Of a stretch of 64,000 nt of DNA, positions 14,217 through 27,534 are shown one piece after another (positions within the stretch are counted from its first letter, which is position 1; each line of letters starts with the position of its first letter). The stretch spans positions 242,019 through 306,018 of the forward strand of contig NW_014577063.1 in the NCBI RefSeq assembly GCF_000485595.1. The letters run 5' to 3'. Source of the stretch: Priapulus caudatus. Taxonomy: Eukaryota. The translations under genes were made by a program, and so were the position numbers. Under the pieces are notes generated by a model. That model made no database searches. It saw only the letters and a program-made list of their open reading frames with translations, and had not been told where the DNA came from.

Positions 14217-14333
14217 CACAGGCCCTTGGAGGCTCAAGTTTCAAGAAGAGTATTATAAGAGCGAAGCGGAAGCGAAGCGAAGAGCGAAGCCTCTTTATAC
14301 TCTTCTTGAAACTTGAGCCTCCAAGGTCCTGTG
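14217..14333. mobile_element. 117-bp palindromic MITE, CACAGG ends, 7-bp TSD
   Basis: Runs cacaggcccttggaggctcaagtttcaagaagagtat...atactcttcttgaaacttgagcctccaaggtcctgtg. Exact TSD gtaatac. Confidence 0.9.
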
Positions 14334-14398
14334 GTAATACTAAGCCATAACAAAACGGTTCCAAATGAACTTTTATTTTTCAAGGATATAGCCTATAT

Positions 14399-15156
14399 CA
14401 AGAGTGTATGAAAAGAAGGAGAGCGTACAACGGTGAAATGCTGAAACCTTGCTGCAGTATTAGTCGAATTAATAAACTTTGCCCGTTTTATTTTGATGAT
14501 TCTTTGCGGTATTATTGATCAGCTGTCCTACCTTGCTAACATAAAACAAACCGCTTGTCCCTACGATCACCCCACGCTGAGATAATGAGCAGTGACAATC
14601 TGGTATTTTCGCCGAAAACCGACTCGTGATACGTAGTGGCTGCGACTGTCTCTCGTTCTGGCGATAGCTTCGGGAAACCTCGCGTGTTTCCGTCATTCAT
14701 TGACAATAAAATTTATTTTCCTTCTACTATCTTTTCTCGCATTTCAAGTCATGGACGCAGCCATTACTCCACAAAAACGTCTTGTTATTTATCGCCATGG
14801 TGATGACCCGCCCCTTACGCTGGATGTAGTAACGCTGTAGTAATAACGTATCGAGTCAGCGCTACACAGCGGCGACCGGAAGCAACATACAGTCCACAAA
14901 ACGAGAGACAGTCGCAGCCACTAAGTATCTCGAGTCGGTTTTCGGCGAAAATACCAGATTTTCACCGCTCATTATCTCAGCGTAGGGACATCGTAGGAAC
15001 AAGCGGTTGGTTTTACATTATCAAGGAAGGACAGCTGAAGAATAATACATCAAAGAATTATCAAAATAAAACTCGTAAAGTTTACTAATTTCACTGAAAC
15101 TACAACATGATTTTTACATTTCACCATTGTACGCTCTCCTTCTTAATACGCTCTTG
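14399..15156. mobile_element. MITE with about 260-bp TIRs, CAAGAG ends, 7-bp TSD (P-superfamily-like)
   Basis: Runs caagagtgtatgaaaagaaggagagcgtacaa...ttgtacgctctccttcttaatacgctcttg. Exact TSD cctatat at 14392-14398 and 15157-15163. Confidence 0.9.
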
Positions 15157-15349
15157 CCTATATCTTTCCAACCAGCAATAGAAATATTTCGATCTATTTA
15201 ATATCGCGATGGACTTTGAACAAATTCGAAGTCGGATTTAACGTTTTAGATCGGACAGAGGCCCGTCGGGCCTATTCCTGAAACCCGCTATTCTATTCTA
15301 TTCTATGTCATTTTCTATTCTATGTCTCTTCTTCTATTCTATTCTCTTC

Positions 15350-15680
15350 CCTGGAGAAAGTGCAGAGACGAGCAGCGCGCTTCGTAACAGGAAATTACCA
15401 GCAAACTGAGAATGTTACACAAATGACCGCAGACCTACAATCGCCCTCCTTGCAGGAACGCAGGTTTGTCAACCGACAGACCCTATTATGGAAAATAATC
15501 AACGGACATGCAGCAGTCGACATTCCATCCTTCCTCACCAAAAGCACCAGCATATGCCGCGGCACACACCAGCTTACATACAACAACATCAGAACCCGGA
15601 CAGATGGGTACAGGTTCAGCTTCTTCCCTAGAACAATCAGAAGCTGGAACCTGCTACCGGAGTCACTATACTCACTAGTC
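15350..15680 (+). pseudogene. 5'-truncated LINE (CR1/L2 group) ORF2 C-terminal fragment
   Basis: LEKVQRRAARFVTGNY...L..PSLQERR...YRFSFFPRTIRSWNLLP, the typical C-terminus of CR1-group RT ORFs. Confidence 0.9.
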
Positions 15681-16507
15681 CAACAGCACAGCAATTCACT
15701 GGGTCCCTCTGGCAAAACATTGAGTCAAGCAGTATCGTTGTTAAGCCACCTCGAGGAAGCGAAACACATCTCCGGCTGGGCAACTACAACAGCTCCCAAC
15801 AGCCTATTGCCGTATGCTCATCGCACTCAGTAAAGAGTGCCTGGCCCAGAGAAGCCTCGATCTCTGGAACACATTACTGCCTACATTTAAAAATGTTCCA
15901 TGCAAATCTCTCACGTGCACCTGGAGTTTTCACGCATTCCCTGGACGTTTATTCCTTACGAACTGTCCAGTATAGAGGGTTCCGCGACTTGCACTAACAA
16001 GTGCCGCGAAGCGACAGCGCTCATCTAACGTCTACTGCGGTGACTCTGTGGTGGAGTGGTGGGATTCTAGTAAACCCTGTTAGTCCCAAATGTGTTCACA
16101 TACACACCAAAACAGTGGAAGGCACAGCAGGGTTCTCCCTACGTTGCGCAAACGGGGCGCGCCCCCCCCCCCCCCCGTTTGGGAAAACTCCCCCCTGTTT
16201 CAATCGGGCATCTGCATCATGCACTGCAGACAATACAACAGTCAACCTGTCCCACACCCACCACTGTACACCGACTCGGCTATATCTTATATATACAAGA
16301 GCCCCAAACACCGTCTATGGTGTGGTGGCGTTTTTACGCTTTAATTAGTGGTACGGTAAAAAAACACGCCTCCCTAGTTNNNNNNNNNNCGGATGCTGCG
16401 GAAAACCAGTTCTGCTCCTGCATCTCCTTGGACAATTCTTCATCCCTGAGCTGGAGTCGAAAAATCATCAAAATATTTTTTAAACCGGTTACATCAAACA
16501 GAAGCTA

Positions 16508-17628
16508 AACAAGTGCCGCAGAGCGACAGCGCTCATCTAACGTCTACTGCGGTGACTCTGTGGTGGAGTGGTGGGATTCTAGTAAATCCTGTTAGTCCCA
16601 AATGTGTTCACATACACGCCGAAACAGTGGAATGCACAGGGATGGTATCAGGAACCTTCTCAAAGGAATGTTCGTTGGGATCGTTATGAAAGTTGCCACG
16701 AGATGGCGCGTACGTTTAAGTGTCTTCAGATTAAAGATGGAAGCTCCCATCAAACGTAGTAGCAACAACTATTTGCAAGACAGAATAGGTAAGCACTCAT
16801 CCATTTACCTACGCAAGCCTACAGGCTGCAAATAGAGAGCTGCCACCTGTAACTAATTAACGCAGGCAAAAACTACACAGTACCACTGGCAGTGGCATAC
16901 ATTACATGTAACACACTGACAGTACAGAATGCCATAGAAATTATTCGATTTAAGGAGCATAAACCTTCTTCAACCAAATTTAGCTTTTGAAATTTCACTG
17001 TGACATTGTAGCCTCATACATCCAGGCATGTAGATTCTACTAGCAAACCCGGCAGTCAAATTCTTTCTAACAGTAAAGAAATCCATGTTTAACCCTCCTC
17101 TTGAGGGTCAAAAGGTTATCAGACACTTACTCTTCGCACGTCAGTGGAAAGCACATTTCATAGTCCTTTCAATAAAGCCATAAAAATGCTAGGTTTTCAA
17201 TCGCTCCGTCAGACCATGTCCTCAGAAAATGTCTAAAATCTGCCCTGTGCCCCATTGACCCTTGACCTGTGACCTCCAATTTCGGCACAGTGATGGCTTT
17301 TCCTACCATGATGCTATACACCGACTATCACGAGCCTAGGTCGAGCCGTTTGGATTCGTGCCGCAATTCTGCATTGCCTCCCTATACCTTAAGTTAAGGA
17401 GGGAATGTTCCCCCTTCTTTTACACCTCTTGACCTTTGACCTTTGACCCCCAGCTTCAACATACCAACTCGTTTTCGGATTACCCCCCCACGTCCCGAAT
17501 ATCGTGACCGTACGTCGAGCGGTTAAGATTTGTGCCCAACTGTTGACGGACGGATGAACGCACGCACGGCCGGACAGTCGCACGCTCATGTGATTCTACA
17601 AGCTGCATCTGACTATGATGAGCTAAAA
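16508..17628 (-). mobile_element. Helentron-associated (HINE/DINE-1-like) non-autonomous element, about 1.1 kb
   Basis: The minus strand reads TTTTAGCTCA..., internal tgagcg, a (tccg)n-like microsatellite, then ...tgagcgc-tgtcgc-tct-gcggca(stem-loop)-cttgtt. A second copy lies at 9690-10245. Confidence 0.65.
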
Positions 17629-18119
17629 ATAGCAATATTACCTACAATCCCGTGCCGCCGGCCATACTGGTAGTCAGAATTGCGAACACGTGTTACCGAT
17701 ATGTGCAATCTAGCGATTTTACATCGATAGATTGTACATACGATAGTGTTATTATAGTAATCTATATTACCAGTAAGTGAATCCCGCTTTTGCAGACAGG
17801 TTTACCAGCGCGTGTTGGGGTGCTAGTGTTCGATATGATTGTGCAGACCCGGTTTTACAGGGTGTTGCAGGCAGGTTTATCAGCGTGGGTTGGGGTGCTC
17901 CGCTAGAATTCAATGAGATTACACAGGTCCGGTTTGCAGGACTTTGCATGCAGGTTTATTAGCGTCGCGAGATTGCACGCAACACATATGTTCATGGACT
18001 TTAGTTTGTTTACATCACGAGTGTTCAGAAATTCCAGCGATTTTACTGCATATAGCTATCAAATGCAGCGTTTTATAACATCTGGTGTATGTACATTTGC
18101 CAACTGTCTGAAATGTACG

Positions 18120-18585
18120 TAGTATGAACAAGTACTTTTATTCACTAGACAACGTAGCCAAAGCACGCTCTCGGAAAAAAAAATTGCGTGCATTGGGAAT
18201 CGACACCCGTACAAGAATGGCGCGAGGACCACAACTTGTGCCCATCACGTACTTATTTGGATCTCGTGAATTGACTACCTAACATTCTAGCCAAGACCAT
18301 TTTATACTCTCAAGGACTTTCAGAATCACAAAAGCCTGGATGCCTACGATCAACTGTTCTGCGGTTGGGTTAGTAGTGTATCAGTCTACATCTATCATGT
18401 GAACAGTGAGAGTCCCATCTACGTTATCCGAGCACGTGTTATGCACTCCCAGTCTCTGATTATACCATCTCTCTATCCGTGCATGGGTCATGATGAGAGA
18501 ATATGGGACAGGCATCATGTCAGCACACTGTAATTGTAAAGCCAGGCTTGTGAATTGGTGAATTCTGTTCACATGTTCAGGCATG
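18120..18585 (+). pseudogene. Decayed SWIM zinc-finger/YqaJ-type accessory gene of a DNA transposon (ISL2EU/Kolobok-like)
   Basis: YTLKDFQNHKSLDAYDQLFCGWVSSV...YVIRARVMHSQSL..P..AWVM...IMSAHCNCKA..GEFCSHV (CxC...CxH SWIM motif). Frameshifted; a noisy partial duplicate lies at about 19030-19400. Confidence 0.75.
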
Positions 18586-20624
18586 AAAATGACCGGTAAA
18601 GAAAAACACTGAAAACCTCCNNNNNNNNNNNNNNNNNNNNNNNNNACGGATTTTACACGAGAGATTTTACTACGATAGTGTATTATAGTATCTATATTAC
18701 CAGTAATGGCAATCCGCTTTATGCAGCAGACAGGATTTACCAGCGCTTAGTGGGGTGCTAGTTGAATGATTGTGACAGACCCGGTTTGAAGCAGCTCACT
18801 AGGTGCCTTGCAGCATTTATCAGCGATAGGTTTGGGTGCTCCGCTAGAATTCAATGAGACTTACACAGTCCGGTTTGCAGGATGCATGCAGTCTTTTAGC
18901 GTCGCAGATGCAACGCAACCCACATATGTTCATGACTTAGTTGTTTATCATCGCGACGTTTCAGACATTCCACAATTTTACGCATATAGCTATCAAATGC
19001 AGGTTTTATAACATCTGGGTATGTACATTTGCCAATTGTTGAAATTACGTAGTTATGAACAAGTACTTTTAATCTCACCTAGACCAACGTCACTAGCCAA
19101 AGCACGCCTCTCGCGAAAAACAGAGAAGAGTTGGCACGATGCATTGGAAGTCGACACTCGCAGTACAAGAAGGCGCGAGAGAGGAGAGAAAACGACAGCG
19201 GAACCAACAAGTGTGACGACCACATCAACGCTAACTAGTAGAATTGAGAATCTCGCTGAGAATTACAACAGGAGAAGAGAGGAGGAGAGGGAAGAAGGAA
19301 AGAACGAAAGAAAGAGAGAGCTGACAAAGATTCGCTACGACCGTACAGCGGGCGTCCTGCGGCTCGACAAATATTGATGAGCCAAGACATTTTATACTCT
19401 CACGCTAAGTTAGACACTTGCTCCAACAGGCCGAAAATATAAATCAAAGGAAACTGGATCCGCGTGAGCGATTAACCACCAAAGATAAATATAGCGGTAG
19501 ACGCATACGAGGCGTGGATGCTAGTGTGCGCTTAAGTGTGGTGACTCAGCACGACATCTCTTAATATCGTGAACGAGTTGGAGTAGAACACAAGATCGTA
19601 ACGTTGTGCACAAAGAGAGAAGAGACGTAGAGGATGATACGATTTCGAAACAAAACGCGGAGCGCATTCTAGATGCTATACCAATACTCATCTTAAGAAA
19701 TGCGGGAGCATATAGAGACATAACACCCATGAAGCACGCCACGCACACGCAACGGCAACGAAATGCATAACGACGCGCGAAACGAGCATCTACCGACACG
19801 CGTCACGAAACCACACAACCGTAACACTCTGCAAAGCGAAACACCACCATTCGCACAACACACACGTAACTACCATCGAAACACATCTACGCACCGACCC
19901 CGAATGACAACCATCGCACCAGCCTATTTTATGTAGAGTATGCTACGACAACAAGCGCAAAGAGAAACACACGCACCCACACACACCTCAAACAGAGCCT
20001 GCCCATACTGCGAATGCCGGCCACGCACGAACACGGCACCACCAGTATATATGTATATAAGTGTTAAAGTGTAGTTGCATGTGCTCAGGCCCCGCGGTGT
20101 ACCCTGTAGGCTGTATATTGCCAGATGATCATTGACAGCATTACAGGTAATATATCGCAATACATAGGCGAAATAGGAGTAGAAAAATCCAAGACGCATG
20201 TCAGTAAATACATTTTCTAATCTTTCATTCAGATTGCTTTTATATTGAAAAGCTCACAGCGTCTGTGGTCCGTCGTCTGCGTCTCTCGATCTTTCACTTT
20301 ACCTTGTGTCTGTGATCCTGTATGGCAGCCCAAAAAAGCTGTGTGTGCTCTCTCTGATACTGATCTGCTGTCAGCTGACCATCATCGCAGGACAGTGCTG
20401 GTGTGATGATTTGCTTAATAGGGCGAATAAAATGAGCAGCAGGTGCATCTTGCTCAATTACTCTTGTTTACCACGTGCCTGAACTGTTTTCTGGACCGTC
20501 ATGGCAGACGACGTATCGCGACTGTGGTTAATCTCTGCGAAACCCTCTATCAGAAGTAAGAAGTCCATTTACTGCCTACATTTTACTGTAGTCCACAAAT
20601 CTTTTCAAGTCATAACTGACCGCT

Positions 20625-20866
20625 GAGGAGGGTCTATGTCCACAGGGTACTGCCGGAACGTACCCTGGTACGTACTTATCTAAATATGCCGGACGTACAC
20701 TCGCCTACTCTCACAACCAGTCTAGGGAGTCGCCTACGCCCTTCCCTACCCTAACCATACTGCAAATATTACAGTTTACGCTCCGCCAGGGTACGTTCCG
20801 GTATACCAGACCGTACCCAGGGTACGTTCCGGCAGTAACCTGGGCCTGGGGGACATAGACCCTATG
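20625..20866. mobile_element. MITE with agggtctatgtcc TIRs and internal gggtacgttccgg repeats; inverted copy at 26351-26625
   Basis: Runs gagggtctatgtcc...ggacatagaccctatg. The second copy is its reverse complement with different flanks. Confidence 0.8.
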
Positions 20867-23232
20867 ACGGCCAAATCCTATTTGACAACCCCAGGTTCAA
20901 AAACCCTAACCCTAACCCTAACACTAACCAAACTCACGACATGGGTGTGTAAACGCTACTTTGACCCCTATGACTATGAGTATGAGTATGACAATAACTG
21001 ACAGTGACATGTCATCATAAGTACTAGGAACAAAATATTATGAACTAAAATCACTAGTCTATCGATCTACGCGTAGTTTGCTATGCTAACCATCTGGCCG
21101 GAGTCTAGTAGTAGTAGTACTAGTAGTACTAGTAGACTAGTAGTAGTATTACTAGTAATGTAAATTTTTAACAATGTCGTTGCAAAATGGGGAGGGATCA
21201 CAATCCTGTCATTCCTGATAACGCGTATAACAACAATTTCAATGGCAACGACGTACAATAACTACATTAACGTAAAGCAATCCTAACAATGTGCACGAAT
21301 ATCGCAGAGTACATTGAAGATTGCGTCTATCTCTGCGTAATTTGAGCATTATCTAAGTTTACACTACCTTGTTTTACTTCAGCAGCATCAGCCATTTTTG
21401 TTCATCGTTTACCAAATTGCCACACAGAGGCAGCACCATCCAGTGTCTGATTATCTTTTTTAGTTTTGTTATTTTCCCATAGGTAGCGCCACCGACTGTG
21501 CTTGGCAGCAAGGAGCGCTTGCTTGGCAGCTGTTTGGCAGAGCAGTTGGTGATTATCATATTACAGTAATAATCTAATATACGCATGCGTCGTCTGTGCT
21601 TCATCATTTATATGCTTCATCACGGACGGCGCTGACTAATATCGCAGATAAGATTGAGAGTTTAGCTACTTCAACTCGTCATAAAAGATAAGGTTCTTAG
21701 CTAGTTTAGGTTGGTTTTGAAACGATTTCTGTTGTGTGAGAAAAAGCATATCGATCGCTAGTCCTTAGTTACTGTCGATCGTCCTTCGTTACTGAGTCTG
21801 TGGCAGTGCATCTACGTACGACACTCGACAGTAAAACACGCCCATCCATCACTTCAGCTTCAAAAACAGGTGAAGTACTACTACTAGTACTACTAGTGTC
21901 ACTAGTAAAAGTAAAAGAAATAAGTATATGTGATGGCTCTTAGTCTAATAGTAGTACTATAGTTCTCGTTGTCATCGTCACATTGCCTTCAGGTGTTGAA
22001 CAACAGTAGAGGGCGTCCATAGGCGGCCAGATGAGACGGGATACTAGAGAAGCGTTGCCGAAACGAGATGTTGATCCGAAGCGCTGAAGCGCAGATCTTT
22101 CGCGCAGTTCCGCGGCAAGGCGCACGCGACCGCGGGAACGTCCTACGACAGTATGCAGCGCTGGCAGCTATGGATCCGTGCGCCGAATGAATTGGCGGGC
22201 GCACGGATCCATAGCTGNNNNNNNNNNTGGAAATTATTATTTTAACAACAAACTTTACTAGACGCTATTTTGGCAATATTGATTCCGCTCTCCCTCCCTC
22301 CCACTCTCACACAACCCTCATACTATCTCTTGGCTTTGCTCAGTTGCTCTCCCTCCCTCCCACTCTCCTTCACAACCCTCATTACTATCTCTCTCTCGCG
22401 CTCGATTGCTCTGTCCCGCCTCCCTCTCACTCTCCTTCTCTTTCCTACCCTTCTTCACTCCCGTCACTTTGCCTAACCTTTATCTGGTTAATTTACTTAA
22501 CTCAAATCTCTATCGTCTCCTCGCTGCATATAATTTCCCTCTCGTCATTTCATTCATTCGCGATTTTCTGTCATCACACAGGCATAACATAACACCATAA
22601 GAATATTCTAGGCTCACAGGCATCATCATGAACTAACTTATCACCCCAACCACTGCATATTTCTGTGCATTTTTGTGACTCAGCTAAGTGTTTATATTTA
22701 TGGGTACTGAAAATGCCTGTTTCGTTATATCGTCAGAATTGTCCTAATATAGACGTAAACGCCATATAATATAACTATAATATATAATAATCTATGTTAT
22801 GACGCCCCTGATATCGTCCATGATATAGTTTTTATAGCATAGTAAGTTAATCATGTAAAATTTATATGATTACTTTTCTTTGTAGAAATGTCATTAATAA
22901 GAGAAATGCATTTCCTGAAAGTCAAACCATGTGATACTATCAAACGAACGCGTTAAAAGCTCATGATGCATGATGCAGTGGCTTTAGTCGCGGTGCGTGT
23001 GTATGTATCACCGTGGAATCTGCGTTTTGCTTGGTCGTTGCTCTGCTTCATGTTGTATTTTTCGAATTATTGCCTGCTTCGCTTCCGGAATTCAAAGGCG
23101 CGTATATATATTATATATATCGGTAATCTCAACTAACGTTGAACTCCGGCGTTCCTTTGCGCTCCTGAAAGTTGTATATTGTATATAATATATCAAAGGT
23201 GTTTATTAGCTCTGAATATATATATATATATA

Positions 23233-23707
23233 CAGCCCGTAGCAGCTTTCTATTGGGGGGGGGGGGTTCGTTTTTCAATGTTGCAATTTGCTCGGCAGGG
23301 CGTGTACAGGATTTGTACCAGGGGGCGTCTAACGCTAAACATAGTTGCTAGCACGCGAAGGGGGGTCTGGGGCTCCCCCAGAAAATTTTTAAAATTTACA
23401 CCCCTTCAGATGCGTTTTCTGCGTCGAGCAAGGGGGGTCCGGACTCTCTGACCTCCCTGTACACGCCCCTGCTCGGGCGCGAAGCGACCAGGCGAGGGAG
23501 CCAAGCGACCGAGCGGGGAGGGGTGGGAGGGGGTGTTCACTGTTTCACACCTCCCGCACGATGGAGATTTTGCAATTATTACACTAAAATGGACGAGCGA
23601 CCTGAGTGAAATTCTTGCAAATTTTCAACAAAAAATTTTTTGGCTTGGGGGAGGGGCTCGGGGGGGTTTCGTTCGAACCCCCCGAACCCCCCTGGCTACG
23701 GGCGCTG
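23233..23707. mobile_element. CAG(G)CCCGTAGCCAG-ended MITE in (TA)n, containing a nested MITE at 23296-23471
   Basis: Outer TIRs cagcccgtagc/gctacgggcgctg. Inner TIRs caggg(g)cgtgtacagg/cctgtacacgcccctg with a 5-bp TSD ctcgg. Confidence 0.8.
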
Positions 23708-23798
23708 TATATATATATCGGTAATACTCGCCTAAAATAATAATGTTGAATTCCGGCGCGCCTTTGAATTCCTCAAAGGTTATACGTATATGTATAAA

Positions 23799-23848
<50 letters not shown>

Positions 23849-24767
23849 AAATTCACGTTGAAAGAGGTTGAAGTAAGCAGCCATGGGATCAATTGCACTT
23901 ACATGTCTCGGAAACACATATGCAGCAGACACCCTGCAAACATTTTATAAATGTCATAGGCTTTACAAATGAACAAATTGCACAGGTGTTACAAACGGAC
24001 ACTGTCACAGTTTAGTTGCCGGTTTGTAACGTGCATGCGCAAAATATCCTGTATTGAGCGCGTTTCATTTCGCAGCGCTGGCTTGTAACAGTTTGGTCTA
24101 GGACTTCGGAGGGCGTGTCCTCTGTTGCTGTTTTATATTTAACACTAAATTGCACTTCCGAATCCTAAGGTTTTTGGCTAGGAGTTTAAAAGCCTCCCCG
24201 TATATACCCGCCGTGATTATCTGTGTGACATATACAACGTGCTTATATGCTCGTAATACAAGCACTTGCATAATGCATATCGCCGCTCATTTATCGCTGA
24301 TAAATAATTTAGTTGTAAAGTAAGCGTTTTATATGAGCTACTACATCTTTCCACCGCGCGATAAGAGAAGGGGATGACGCTGCATGACAAGCAGCCACTG
24401 ATCAATTAATACTATATATCATGTGCCTGGGGCGAACAGGTGCCCCGATGAATGACGAATCATATTTATAGCTTCTGAATTACGCCGCGAGATCGCCCGC
24501 GTCGTAATCCGTTTGTTTTTGCGATATATTCGGGTACGTGTACGTGTACGTGTGCGTACGCTGTGTGCGTCACACGGTATAGGTATCCCCCCGCTTGTAT
24601 GGAGTGTAGTATGCGGATCGAATGTATCAGCAGGGGTGAATTAATAATTTCAAATTTGTCAATATTCACCCCTGTTATCAGTCAGCCTATGTAGACTTGC
24701 AGAATAAGTAGTAACCATAAAAATAATATAGATAACCGACCTATATTATTTCGTCTATCTATATTAT

Positions 24768-24813
24768 CAAGAGCTAATCAATGCCTATAATAATAGTAAT
24801 TTATTAGCTCTTG
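24768..24813. mobile_element. 46-bp palindromic P-like footprint or minimal MITE
   Basis: Runs caagagctaat(c)aat...atttattagctcttg. Exact 7-bp TSD atattat. Confidence 0.75.
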
Positions 24814-24862
24814 ATATTATTTCTATGGTAGGCTTGTAACCACAAGTGTCGATCCTTCTACG

Positions 24863-24902
24863 CAAGGAGCTAAATATAACAGCTGTTACATTTAGCTCCT
24901 TG
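24863..24902. mobile_element. 40-bp palindromic P-like footprint or minimal MITE
   Basis: caaggagctaaatataacag|ctgttacatttagctccttg. Exact 8-bp TSD cttctacg. Confidence 0.8.
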
Positions 24903-24932
24903 CTTCTACGTAGCTACGATATACGTCATATT

Positions 24933-24966
<34 letters not shown>

Positions 24967-25201
24967 TATAAATATAACAGCTGTTATATTTAGCTCCTTG
25001 CTTCTACGTAGCTACGATATACGTCATATTTTATTATAGATAATTCCCTATTATCTACTCCTGATGTATATATATATATATAAAAATATGACATATATAT
25101 ATATATATATATATATGGATTAGGGCCTATAGGGAATTCCCTATTATCTACTCCTGATATACATCATGTTTCTTGTGGCAAACAAACAATGCGAATACAG
25201 T

Positions 25202-25237
25202 CAGGAGTCTATCAATAGATTGATTGATAGACTCCTG
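25202..25237. mobile_element. 36-bp palindromic P-like footprint
   Basis: caggagtctatcaat-agattg-attgatagactcctg; flanks atacagt/atacaaa. A copy of the same family lies at 27535-27577. Confidence 0.7.
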
Positions 25238-26131
25238 ATACAAATTGTCTTGCTCTATCGGGACTGGGCTGGAACCGCGAAAACCTCCCGATTAACCGCG
25301 GTGGTCCACCAAGCAGCTTTAACTTTAGAGATATTTTTTGCTAAGAAACATTGCCATGAGAAAAGGCACATCACAATTTAATAACGTAACTGATATTATC
25401 TATTTGTGGTAACATGTATGTAGTTGTTATCAACACGCAGTTACACGTAATCAGCACTAGGCTGTGTTCATCACCGGACATCCGCTCTCACCATTGCTCA
25501 ACAGTAACACCGGGTTAACCTAAGTTGAAGCTAGACTAAAGATCAAAGAAATTCTAGTAAAATTGATTAAACATATAATTGATGGGTCTGTTTACAGATG
25601 GCGATCTCGAAGTTAGCGGTCAGGAAATGTTCGTCACGCAATTTCTCAGCATATTTATTGCAGAAATATGCTAGATATTTATTTCTTGGGAAGACGTCTT
25701 GGATTTCATGGATCTTTGAAGGTTCCATCGCGCTATCGCTTACATTTGACAATTGTATAGACTATTTGGTCTCGTACATGGAGCTACACTGTCGTTGCTC
25801 ATACATATCAAGCGTGCTTTTGCCTTGCGTGGACAGCCATGGGAGTTCGTCTATTCCCGAGTAAAGGATGCAAAGTACACCTACTCCGTCGAGGAGACTG
25901 GCAGGGTCGGGAGCTGTACGGGTCCCGGTTACATCCGGCCTACAGTTTCCGTTTTATACGTGCTTTGTGATACCAAAGCGGGAGATAGTGCTTTTACCTT
26001 GATTAGTGCGAGAGCGAGAGCACGCATACACGCAATGCACGCGCAGTTAAACCCCCAAAGACCCCAGATGAGTTGTAACCAGTTATTAGTCTTCCCTTCT
26101 CACGCACGCGTGCAGCGATTCTCTCGCTCTC

Positions 26132-26178
<47 letters not shown>

Positions 26179-26350
26179 AGACGTCCACGAGGCATCTAAC
26201 TTGCGTGCATAATGCAAATTATTGCACTCTAGTGTCGAATTTCTGCGAAAAAAAATGCTAAAAAAGGCATTTTCTAGAGACGATATAGTGCAATGGTGAA
26301 CAATTGCGGAGGCTTACTGTTGCATGCCTCCTTCATGACTGCCTACAGCT

Positions 26351-26625
26351 CATAGGGTCTATGTCCTCCAGGGTATACCAGACCGTACCCAGGGTACTGT
26401 CGGAACGTACCCAGGGTACTGTCGGAACGTACCCTGGGTACGGTCTGGTATACCGGAACGTACCCTGGTAACTATCTAGCTGATTAGGGTTAGGGTTAGA
26501 GAGTAGGCATATGCGACACCCTAGACTCGTTAATGGAGTAGGCGAGGTACGGTCCGGCATATTAGATAGTAGTATTTAGTACCAGGGTACGTTCCGGTAG
26601 TACCCTGTGGGACATAGACCCTCTC
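26351..26625. mobile_element. Second copy of the 20625-20866 MITE family, with an internal (TTAGGG)-like tract
   Basis: Runs catagggtctatgtcc...ggacatagaccctctc; contains about 21-bp repeats gtacccagggtactgtcggaac. Confidence 0.8.
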
Positions 26626-27534
26626 AGCCTAACGTAACGTTAATGATTACCGCTCCTGATCGTAACGGCCGCTAGAGGGCCTACTCACCAGAGCGTTAAC
26701 CCTTACTATATGAAAGTGGGTGGCTGCTGACTGAGCCAGACCGGCCAATGAGTGAGCAGGTTGCAGCGACTGTGATTTGGTTGTCCAATCAGCGAGCAGG
26801 CTTTTGCCTGACGTCATTTCTCAAGTTATTCAAGTTGAATTTATTACTATTAGAGACGCCAAGCTAGGGGTGTCCGGGGGCATGCCTTCCGAAGATTTTT
26901 GAAAAAATGGTGCAATTTAGTGCATTATAAGCACTATTCTATGGAAGAACACTGATTTTCGTCAGTGAGGCGGTGTTTTGGACAAATTTCTGTGTGGCGG
27001 CTGAGAATTTGAGCGAGGCGGCCCGCCTCGCTCGTGTCAATGCAGGGGAAACACTGTCTAGAATAGTCTCCATTGCTTCTCTTTGCAATTACCACATTAG
27101 TAATAGTGTTGTGTTGTTGATGGAAACAGATCTGCCTTGTGCATGGCATTGCCATTAGTATATGAGAGTAAAACGCCCTGGAGGTAGTTGTGAAAAAACG
27201 TCATCGTATTACAAGATTGTTTGTGTTACGATGCACAACTTGCTATAAGGTACTATCAGGAATGAACGAAAACAAAGAATATGATATTGTATTAGTGTGT
27301 TAGTGGGTGGTGTGTTATGAAACATAAATTTAGCTTGTTGTGGCTGTCTTATGTGTGTGCAGAGACGATGTAATGTTAGCAAAGATCTAGATGAAGTATT
27401 AGGTGAGAGGCTCTAGAAAAGATGTGAGTTACTGAGTAGTATGCTGACGTGTGGTATAACTTTCAACACACCTGTTATAGTGCGTAATAGTTATTTATTA
27501 TTGATTAGGAAATTGAATATGTTAGGGGTAGGAT

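Noticed and set aside
20905..20930. (CCCTAA)n telomere-like repeats (also 26483-26500)
   Set aside because: Only about 3 units, associated with MITEs; not a telomere or fusion site.
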